Shown here one piece after another: positions 13,855 to 24,010 of a stretch of 64,000 nt of DNA. The position numbers were made by a program, and so were the translations under genes. Source of the DNA: Botryllus schlosseri (taxonomy: Eukaryota); assembly GCA_051294905.1 (NCBI GenBank), contig CM119371.1, forward strand, positions 19,406,001 to 19,470,000, in the 5' to 3' direction. The notes beneath the pieces are model-generated. The model was not told where the DNA came from. It made no database searches and worked only from the letters and a program-made list of their open reading frames with translations. How positions within the stretch are numbered: the first letter of the stretch is position 1; every line of letters begins with the position of its first letter.

Positions 13855-14131
13855 GAAACTTATGAAACTTATGAAAACTTATGAAACTTATGAGACTTAT
13901 GAAACTTATGAAAACTTATGAAACTTATGGGAACTTATGAAACTTATGAAAACTTATGAAACTTATGAAAACTTATGAGACTTATGAAACTTATGAAAAC
14001 TTATGAGACTTATGAAACTTATGAAAACTTATGAAACTTATGAAAAGTTATGGAAATTTATGAGACTTATGAAAACTTATGTAACTTATGAAAACTTATG
14101 AAAACTTATGAAACTTATGGAAACTTATGAA
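13855..14131 (+). repeat. 9/10-bp tandem array (GAAACTTAT / GAAAACTTAT), left Foldback arm
   Basis: Directly visible array. Confidence 0.97.
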
Positions 14132-14174
14132 GATAAAGAGCTCTTGGATGAAGAGCCGTTCAACATACAATTTA

Positions 14175-14290
14175 AGAATATCTTCCTATTGAAATGAACC
14201 CGATTATTTTCGGCTGAAACACGTCAGGGGTAATCGTCAGTAGCTAGTAGAGAATTAAAAAGAACACTGTAAAGCAACAATCGCAAGGAC
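14175..14290 (-). mobile_element. Penelope pLTR copy with mutated hammerhead, nested inside the Foldback element
   Basis: acccgattattttcggctgaaacacgtcaggggtaatcgtcagtagctagtagagaatt. Confidence 0.8.
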
Positions 14291-14353
14291 ATAATGAATA
14301 CAAGCCAATAAATAGTCAATCAATTTTAGTTGAAACCGTCCAGATATGTCGTA

Positions 14354-15665
14354 GGGGAGAGTGGGTAGGTATGGGCCACTGTTGAGGTGTGGGCCACTGC
14401 CATATCTGGTGACTGTGACATCACAGATGCTTGTCAAGCTGTGTGATTGTTAGAAAAAGGCTCCAGACTCACCCATGTTACTCACAGCCGTGAGGCCAGC
14501 AGAGTTTTTGACTCAGCTAGAGATATATAATTTTTTAGGTCTAAAGTAAATTTATTTGAAAATAGGGAATTTGGGTTTGAGTCCACATATGTGCAATGTG
14601 CATGTTTGGATTAGACTTATTTATGGTGTGAAAGCTATAGAAATATGCTATCTATAGAGTATAGTTTTAATGCTTTGTCAATCTCTCGGATCTTGAAATT
14701 ATTGTAAGAATCCCCAAGATGAAGTGTTTGAGGTATGGGTCTTTTAGCAGGCTGGGGTATGGGACAGCATAACATATACCTGAAATCAATATTTGATTGA
14801 TCCTATTAAATATATTTATCTCTAGAATACAGAAGATGTTGGTTTTATCCTTCCCATATACAATCACCTGAAAGTAAATCATGAAACCAATAAAAAGGCC
14901 AGTTTTCAGAATCAGATCTGAGCTTGGCAATATGAAACGTTGAAGCATGGGAGGTATCAAAAAGATAAGCATGCTGTCAGTACAAAATTGGTAGAGCTAC
15001 ATTAAACAGGTATATGGAAAAACAGGGGATGGGTCTCAAATGAAAAAGATTTCAAAATCATTTTCCAATACTGTCTTTCATGAAGGGAGAAAAGTTTGTT
15101 AGCACAGTATGTCATCATATGCTCAAATATGTATAATGGTTTGTCACTTCCACTTAAATAACAGATAGAGCTGTGACATTTGGATTTGATGGCGTAGTTG
15201 AGGCGAAAGAAGCTTGATTTGATAGTGATTTTCATGTTACATATTTTTAGTTATCTTGTTTCGTACGCGTTATGGCTCACGACCAATACGGGAATTGAAA
15301 TATATGAATTGTCCACTTCCAGCCCAGCTTTATATCAGTATATACAAACTGTTGGTAACTGTGACACGAGTTGAGGTTTGTAGGATATGAATGGCATTTA
15401 TTCATTCAATACAGACAGCGGCCCATACCTCACCACCCCCCCGGCCCATACCTCGTAGCCTATTTTTTATTTACAAAAATGATGTATTGTTACGAAATTT
15501 GATGTCACTTCCAAATACATGAGTATTTTAGCTTAATTCTACCAGTAATAGTTAGCCATATAACTAATGATCGTCTATACTGAAATCCAGGAATATTAGA
15601 CCAAGTTTGGCCAAGTTATAGCTTTGTAAGATTTGGTGGCCCATACCTACCCACTCTCCCTCCCC
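14354..15665 (+). mobile_element. Internally deleted pogo-family (Tc1/mariner superfamily) DNA transposon
   Basis: TIR GGGGAGAGTGGGTAGGTATGGGCCAC at both ends with TA TSD. Broken frames at about 14940-15150 read VSKR*ACCQYKIGRATLNRYMEK (HTH_psq-like) and TVF...LAQYVIICSNMYNGLS (CENP-B/Tc5-HTH-like). Confidence 0.8.
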
Positions 15666-16919
15666 TACTTATTGTCATCGCATATGTGCTGTGTCGATGT
15701 TTGATATGAACGCATGGCATCCCGCACACCAATGCTACTTAGCCTATTTCATAGCGTAATGGTGAGAATTCAGTATGCATACACCCGCTTCATCTTATAC
15801 CATAAACCTGACTGGAAAGAAAATTTATTACCGTGAATTATACTAGACTCATTCGCCTTTACTTCGCTTAAATTTATTTCGAATGCCAAGTGAAAACCGT
15901 GGGCGTTGTCAGTGTTAAGTAGGATAACTTCACGACCAGTTGTGGAAATTAAGATAAGTTCATAACATAACATAACAAGTCAGAGCTATTTGTCATGAGC
16001 ACGAGAATGGCAAATGTCCGTACAGCGACCTCGGTTCGTTTCGGACTATACAGTTCAGTAGTATTTTCTGGAAAACCAGAAGTAGATTAGATTCAAAATT
16101 GTAAAGCATTGAAAAATATCAGAAATAAATTAGAGATTACCAGCATTTCGCTCCAAGTAGACAATTATGTCGGAATCAGGGTATCTGGTATTCTCCTAAA
16201 TTAACATTGCCATTAACATAAACATTGTTCGTAATTGTGGAAGAATTAAAGCTTCGTCCGGAGAGTTAGGATTTTTATTTAATCTGTTGTGAAGAACAGA
16301 GAGTACATCAAAACAATGAGACGTCTACCAGCGCATCTGAGATATTGTGCACATTGCACAATCTTGAACTTTCCCCGTGCGGCAATCAAATTGGGTCACG
16401 CGTTAGCATATGAAGATTGCGACACAGTCGCGTTTGTTGATTGACGCTGAATTGGTATCTTGGAAATAATAGTCGACGAAATGAAGTGTCGTCGATGTTC
16501 AAGTTTATAAATTCATATTGCAATCAGAACAGTCCCCATTCTCTTGTTAGGCGTGCTGGCACTTAGTTACCGCATGGTTATACGTATAGTACAAGAAGGC
16601 AAAGCCTACTCGCGGTCACCGAATAGGTAAAATAGCTTCGTCAGAGATCAACTCCGTGTGTCTATCGGTGCTGTCAAATCTTCCGCTAGTTTACAGTGTG
16701 GTGTTAGCTAAAAAAGGTCGGTAACCACTGTGCTAGGGTTCTGCTGAGTATTTTCCAATTACAGAGGGTGCCGCGAGGCTGAAAATTTTGACAACCACTG
16801 GTCCATGTAAATCTGGATTGCCATTATTGCAATCACGATTTAAAAATCCCTATTTGGAATCGAATACCGAGACAATGGTCTCACAATAAAATTCTAATCT
16901 GAATTAATTTACCTCATGT

Positions 16920-17270
16920 TTTATAAGTTTCATAAGTTTCCATAATATTCATAAGTTACATAAGTTTCCGTAAGTTTCATAAGTTTCCATAAGTTTCATA
17001 AGTTCCCATAAGTTTCATAAGTTTTGATAAGTTTCATAAGTTTTCATAAGTTTCCATAAGTTTCATAAGTTTTGATAAGTTTCATAAGTTTCATAAGTTT
17101 CATAAGTTTTCATAAGTTTCCATAAGTTTCATAAGTTTTCATAAGTTTCACAAGTTTCATAAGTTTCATAAGTTTTCATAACTTTCATAAGTTTCATAAG
17201 TTTTCATAAGTTTCATAAGTTTCATAACTTTTCATAAGTTTCATCAGTTTCCATAAGTTTCATAAGTTTC
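16920..17270 (-). repeat. 9/10-bp tandem array, reverse complement of the left arm (right Foldback arm)
   Basis: ATAAGTTTC / ATAAGTTTTC array. Confidence 0.97.
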
Positions 17271-19029
17271 CTAGCACAAAATAAAGGCACCCGGATATAT
17301 CGGGTGGTAATCGTCCGTAAGCTCATACATGTTTTTTTGGAAAGTATTTACACAATTGTGGCATAATTATGCATATACAACTTTAAAAAATACAATTTCT
17401 TTAAAGACTTTTGTTTTAAACAACCATTTGTTTTAAATGCAACCCTAATTGTATGTGCTGAGTGGGCATGTTGGTAATTATCGAGCGATATAAATGTATA
17501 TACCAGTGGTTCCTTACAGGGGTTCTTACGAACCCCAGGGATGCGCTGAGCCGGTCTCAGTTCGCCGGAGGTAAAGCCACATACCCGACTCACACAGAAG
17601 AACTCGCGTTGATATGCAGTAAACATTCCTTTTAGGACACAGACATCTGTCGGGCTATAGTCTTAACCGCTAGAGACTATTGACAGAGCGGAATGTTCCT
17701 TACTTTTGTTCTGCTGCACTTTACTTGGTTTTATAGAGGCCCGAGGCAGTAACCACAACATTTAGTTTCAGAGCACCACCTACGTAGCATGTTACGCTAC
17801 TTTTACCAATAACGGCAATAACTCTCTCTTAAATTTTGTCTGTGATACAGGCTGCAGTTAGTGACGAAGCAAGCAATGGCGCGACACGGCTCTGCAGCGT
17901 GCTGCGACCGGGAAGTTTAGGCTTATTGCCTATTCGTATAGCCGCAGTAGCGGATACCAGCCATATGACTGGTTGACTATATGCATGCTTGCATAGGCAT
18001 GCGATGCTATCATAGGATGCGTAGACCATTATATTTGGAAACGTCCGGCTATTTTTAGATTTCAACTTTAGAATGTATTGTGTTTAGTTTAAAATAAGTT
18101 CCTGCTTCCTGTATGCATAACAGCGCGTGGTTCGATTTGAGTACGGCGTTGCGCTGGTTGGCTGACGTTCGTGCTGTGACTGTAGCGAAATGCGTGCCTT
18201 GGGCAAGGAAACGAGAGCCATGCAAAGCTTGCTGCTGTGTCAGTTTAGCCTGAGTGAACTTTAGATCGGCTTTTAAATATAGCACGCAGATACTGTGTAA
18301 CTTTTGATAAATAGCGGTAAACGCTGACTGATATCTATGTGTATATATGGCTACATCAGGTGTCAGAGTCTGTGGAAGTCTTCGTAAGTTATAGCAAACA
18401 CTCACTGATATCTGAGTATATATATTACACCAGGTATACTAAATCAGATTATGTGTAAGTGTTGGTAATTTACGCAAACTACGACTTCTGCACCAACTTA
18501 TATTTGTTTGAATAAACGTACCGTATATAAGTTTTAATGTGGATTAATCCATGTTGTAGTGTTAGTATAGCCACGCAGTCACAGTATTAAATTAGTACAT
18601 TGAGCTAGCGACCTGTCCGCCCCGATTATTTCATGAAATGTCTTGCCCCGAAATTTCATGCCAATGACGCCTTATTTTGTGATACTGATGTTGATATACA
18701 ATGTTCCTTTCAATATTCGGGTTCATTTCAATATGAATATATTCTTCACTTGTTTATTAAAATTTTGCACATCGCAGAAGCTCTTTGTCCAAGTTTGATT
18801 GGAATCAGAATTGCTGAATTTATAAAAACTTAAAAACCGAACTATATTCCGAAATGGAACGGAATGGAATGCAACAAAATTCAAATTTTAATTCAATAAT
18901 ATATCCATACTGAAATTAGTGAAATAAACAGGACATTTTCGGGTGTAATTGTCAGCAATTAGTAGAGAACTGAAAATACCATTATATATCAAAAATCGAG
19001 ATCAGGTCTTATCAAATCAGAGTTATTTA

Positions 19030-19210
19030 TTTATTTATTTCAGCTTGAGAATGACAAATGTCTGTACACAAAGCTTGGCTCGTTTCACGCTATGCAGCTC
19101 TCTTGCGGAATTTTCAGGAAAGTCATAGATTAGATTAGAATTAAAATCAGAGCATAGAAACATTCACAAATTAGATGGAAATGAATTACCGGCATTATGC
19201 TGTAATTAGT
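19030..19210 (+). repeat. Representative of an abundant unclassified dispersed repeat with ATTAGA/TTAGAA microrepeats
   Basis: Homologous copies at about 4200-4370, 12520-12660, 13180-13330 (-), 16020-16150, 29250-29340. Confidence 0.65.
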
Positions 19211-20159
19211 ACAATCCTACAGTCCGTACGCGACTTCTGACCTCCTTAGGCGGCTGAGCTTGGAATTCCTACATGGACATTGGCGTTACTTGGAGATGTT
19301 GAAGTATTTTAGTTCGGAAATTTTCTTTGTCAGACATTCAAATACCTGAAGGTGTTTGCTTGTGAACAGCGCGAAGTGATGTCGGCTTAAAAATCGTGGC
19401 ATACTGCCGAATGTTCTCCGCTATTGCTGTGACCCTGTTGTTGTTCTGGCCAGTGTTTCAAACTATAGCTATTTATTACATCCGTTGGAATGTGCGCTGT
19501 CTATGTCAGACAGGCCCATTCAAAGTTGCTATATTACACCTACCGATCGTTGTGTCGAATCCAAATCGATAGCGGAAACCGTAATGCACTTACCGGCCTA
19601 CTTAACCGGCCAGTATTGGACTAAAGTTTGCATAAAAGGATGGCACAATCGCTGTGAACTGTGTACGTCACATCACGCTAACATCATCGAAATATATTGC
19701 TATGCTATTGTCTATGGCCAATGGACCGCACTTTCTTATGCTCGCGCACTGTGGATGTTCGGATGAATCTAGTAAAAGAGTCACATTTACAAAAGAAGTT
19801 TTTAAAATCACCGGCGTTTAGTTAAGAAAGTAATGGCAAGTTTTATGTTTGGCTCTAGCACACAAAATGAATAAACGGGGAGCCCGTTCCCGAATATACA
19901 ATTACATATGGATCACTCAGTTCGATGTGTCCGTAGCTGGGGCTTGGCTCAATGATTTGCGTACTCGAAACTGAATCGAGTATTATTTGTAATGATTCTA
20001 GTCCGGTAGCGACAGACGAATTTTTCGTGTACCACTATTATGCGTCCCTTTGCACCAAGAGTTTTATCATGGATGAGATTTCTACTTTCTATATTTTTTC
20101 ATCACCGGGAAGTCTCGATCCCAGGATTGGTCGCATCATTCAAAGTATGTAGTCGTGAT

Positions 20160-20685
20160 TAGGGCTGGGCAAAATCGACTACCAGAGTGATTCGATTCTG
20201 AATCGAGTATTATCCTTCGAATCGAGTCGAGTATTCGAGTATCACTCATTAGGACGTCATAACATTGTATAATATGTGTAAGTTCGCATATGTACCTTTT
20301 ATGCCACCACAAAGAATAAAATGCTTGTTATTCATCACATTAAAAATACTTTTGTATTTTTTGACCATACCGATTTCATCGCACTTTGTGACAATGATGG
20401 GTGATGATCATGACTTCGGAAATGTGGTATTTCCAGTAACGATTGTAGCTTTGTACTAATACTTTATACCCTGTTTCGTGTGCTGCGATACGGCCAATCT
20501 TCGTTTCGAGGCTGCCGCGGTGAAAATTGTATCGAAACTATAATTCTCGTTGATAAATTAACTTTCAGTAGCGAGGAGCGTACAATTTCAGTGCTCGAAA
20601 ATATCGTCTTCTACTACTCGACTCGAATCATTAAAATTAAAACTCGATTCTGATTCGAGTACTCGAATTATTGTGCCCAGCCCTA
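20160..20685 (+). mobile_element. hAT-type MITE (family copy 1)
   Basis: TIR TAGGGCTGGGC / GCCCAGCCCTA; perfect TSD GTCGTGAT. Confidence 0.92.
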
Positions 20686-20773
20686 GTCGTGATCAACCCA
20701 CAGCATTACCACAAAGTACACGAAAATAGACGCTGTTGAAAAAATACCGAATGATCTTCAATGCAGTGGAGAA

Positions 20774-21289
20774 TAGGGCTGGGCACAATGATCCGAGTAC
20801 TCAAATCAGAATCGAGTATTAATTTTAATGATTCGAGTCGAGTAGTAAAAGGCGATTTTTTCGAGTACGGTACTGAAATTATACGCTCCTCGCCACTGGC
20901 TATTAATTTATCAACGAGAATTATAGTTTCGACAGTAATTTCCACTGTTAAAGCCTTGAAACCTTGATCGGCGGTATCGTAGCATACGAAACATATAGTG
21001 CAAAGCTACGAACGTTACTGGAACTAGCACATTTCCGAAGTCATGATCGTCCCACAACATCGTCACCAAGTGGAGTAAAATCTGTGTGCTCGAAAAGATA
21101 CCAAAGTATCTTTAATGTGATGGATAACAGGCATTATAATCTTTGTGGTGGCATAAAAGGTACATATTTGAACTTTCACATGTCACGTTCTGTTTGACGT
21201 CATAATGAGTGATACTTGATTACTCGACTCGAAGCATATTACGTGATTCAGGGTCGAATTGCTCAGGCACTCGATTTTGCCCGGCCCTA
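20774..21289 (-). mobile_element. hAT-type MITE (copy 2, inverted relative to copy 1)
   Basis: Same TIRs; perfect TSD GTGGAGAA; interior is the reverse complement of copy 1. Confidence 0.92.
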
Positions 21290-21840
21290 GTGGAGAACTG
21301 ACACTTGCGGTCATGCACAGGATGCATATGTGAGCGCTACGAATTATCTATACTTTTATGGTGCCCCAATGCGTAATTATCGAATACCGAAGTCGAATCG
21401 AATCGAATTACTCACGTACTGTATTTTGCTCAGCCTTATTGGAAATTCTGTTTTGCACATACATGTATATACAATATACATGCATGTATGTATGTATCAT
21501 TAGTGTTGCGTCTCTGGTTATGTATTATAGCCAATTTGTATTGCAGTAATTACATTTTTGCTTAACGCTCTCGTTTTGTGATTTCTCTCGTTGTTGTTGA
21601 TATACCATTCTTACGTCACACTACCTATTTCATCTTTATATTTCGAATTGCAATCTCCGCATTATACTGACGGCCACTACCGACGAGGGCCAGTTGAAAA
21701 GCTTATAGTGAATAAATTGCGAATATGAATGTGTTGTTAGTTGCAATATTCAAATTCTGTACCACAAGGAACCTATTTACATACATGCAAGTAATTTGTA
21801 TACTCAAGTTTTGGAAATTCCGCATTCTGTGATGACTGTC

Positions 21841-21877
21841 CCTCTGAAGAGTGGCTTTCCGCTCGGAAAGCTTCAGG
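21841..21877 (+). ncRNA. Possible degenerate hammerhead of a second family
   Basis: CCT-CTGAAGA-GTGGCTTTCCGCTCG-GAAA-GCT-TC-AGG; stem I CCT/AGG, palindromic AAGCTT stem III, stem II register imperfect. Confidence 0.45.
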
Positions 21878-23884
21878 TTTTAATATATTTAATAATCACG
21901 TGATTAAAATGTGTAATAAAGGTCCTTACTCATGACTCCAACAAGCCTCTGCATCCTCACTTTCAAGTACTTGCCCCAACCAAGCTAACGATAATGCCGT
22001 TACGTACCAGCAACTGTCGCTATTCATGATGTTTGATTCGAGTGCTTCTTAATATTTGCTGGAAAGCGGACATCTCTATGTAACGCCCGCCGCTGTTGTC
22101 TCTCGGGTCAGAAACAGCTCGGCGCTTGTTTCCTGGTCTGTGATTGAGCGTTTGCAAATTGACTCAATCGATCGCCGAGTAAATATTTTACATCATCGTT
22201 ATCTGTGATAGGTAACCGGGACAAGGTAAAGAGTGACTGATTTATCTTTTGGTGGTGTTCCGTATATGGAGTGGATGAAAGGGTTTTGCGCGTTTAGAAT
22301 CGGAAAATTTGAGATTGTGTTCCGTTAACGTCCGGCTCGTGTTCGTGTTTGATTCGAAAATCGCTGAAATTGTAATCTGATTTGTAGCTTCACAGCTCGA
22401 ATTTCAAAATACGGATTTGGACTGATCAATTTATTTCCGTGTTTCAATAATGTCATCATTTCAAAACGTCACATGATTGCGATAGAGTGAAAAGATAGCA
22501 AGGAGTCTTTGAGTAGTCTCTTAATCGGATACCCCCATTTGGCCTCAATATACAGTGTTCGATGCATTAAAAATATTGCAAGGTAACATGAACAGGACAA
22601 GCGATGAAGATGAAGTGGGCTGTGACGGTGGGCGAAATATATATGCATGATGAGATCCGCTATTCTTTAACGCAAACTAGTATTCGTTAAGTAGAACTTG
22701 GTTGTATTTTGTCATCTGGTCCACGACTGTTATATTCCGGACTAACTACTGTTCCACAGTTGAATCGGCCGGATTTCGTACGGCTTTTGAAGGAATTTTA
22801 TTCGCAGGAGAGTCTTTAGTATTGGTTGCGGGCTTGGAATTCACGTAGAGAGCTGGAATAGGGTATGGACCTGAGAATAGGAAAGCCTCTTCTTCTGTAT
22901 TGATTATGCGGGCTTTGTTATTAGAGAATGCACCTTTGAGATTTGAACGAAGATTTTTGATCTGTAATAACTCCGACAGGCGTACTTTGTCGATTTGGCG
23001 CGTAACTGCTCGAAACCTTACTTGCACCACTTCACCAAATAAATGTTAATAGAATACTTCCGCCTCACAGTTTTCAGTTTTCTAGGCAGAACTTGATTCA
23101 TAATACCTCCTTTTTTACTTATATGGAAATGGATAATCTACATGTACTTCTGCAGAAATCTACGACTTTATTTCTACTTCCACTTGTGTACCAACGATAA
23201 CTAGTCTGGTCACTTCTGCTAACTAGTAATGCATAAACAAGAAGTCGCCGAGACTGACTCCACAGTACATGGTAAATATCTCTTGAGCTTGTGTTTAAAC
23301 TCGAGATGTGAGCTTATTTTTTTAACTCGAGATCTTAGTTCGTGTTTAAAATCGAGATGTGAGCTTCTGTTTTAACTCGAGATGTGAGCTTCTGTTCGGA
23401 ATCGAGATCGCGTCTAAACAAATTTTCTCGGATTTTGGACGCTCCAGGATCACCTCACTTCCATTCGCAGGGTAAGCGAGTGTTCCGATCCCGGCCATGC
23501 TCCGCCGCATAAATGATTAACGACCCACGTCGCGTAACTGGGCACCGCCGTAGCGGGGTGTTTGCTTTCACGCGCGGCAGTGCTTGGTAGAAAATCCGCG
23601 TTGCTTGCCACGGCCTTCCATTGAAACGCGGTGATCCAGGCAGGAAGCTATTCCGATGATACAAACCAGTTACGCTGCGTAAAGTGCGGTAGGCGGAGAG
23701 TCATTGACCAGTGTGCGGTAGCGTGGCTCAGACTGCGGAAATCAACCTTTCGAGGTTTGCGGTATTTCGTAGGATTACGCGGTAGAAATGCTCTTTTCTG
23801 AACCTTCTGCCAGTCTAAATGCGGTTTCTGTAAAGAATGTTGTTTATCAAGAGCTTCTTGGAGGTACATAACTTCAATATATTA

Positions 23885-24010
23885 TACAGTTGAATAATAT
23901 ATTCATTTTGAAAAAAAAACGGATATTTTCGGCTGTGACTCGTCAAAGAGGTAATCGTTAGCAACTAGTAGAGAATTGAAAAGAGCATTGTATATCAGCA
24001 ATCGTAGTTT
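23885..24010 (-). mobile_element. Degenerate Penelope pLTR/hammerhead copy
   Basis: cggatattttcggctgtgactcgtcaaagaggtaatcgttagcaactagtagagaattg. Further degenerate or partial copies at about 18915-19000 (-), 26560-26650 (-) and 37072-37140 (+). Confidence 0.7.

Larger units (their letters stand above)
13833..17292. mobile_element. Foldback-type transposon with satellite-built inverted arms and about 2.8 kb interior
   Basis: Termini GGGTG(T/C)CTTTATTTTGTGCTAGGAAACTTATG on both ends in inverted orientation; flanked by direct repeat GGATATAT (13825-13832 / 17293-17300; CGGATATAT if read as 9 bp); splits a host repeat whose intact paralog lies at about 7840-8120. Confidence 0.88.

Noticed and set aside
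14500-15240. CpG-poor interior of the pogo element as a captured host gene fragment
   Set aside because: Broken frames resemble pogo transposase HTH domains, so it is the element's own decayed ORF
13855-17270. CRISPR-like array
   Set aside because: Contiguous 9/10-bp units with no unique spacers, eukaryotic context, no cas genes
17293-17325. Deleted pLTR/hammerhead copy next to the right satellite arm
   Set aside because: It aligns colinearly with the host repeat at 7840-8120; it is the TSD plus the continuation of the interrupted repeat
22746-23030. 94-aa minus-strand ORF with protein-like composition
   Set aside because: No recognisable domain, non-ATG start, upstream in-frame stop; cannot be supported without a search
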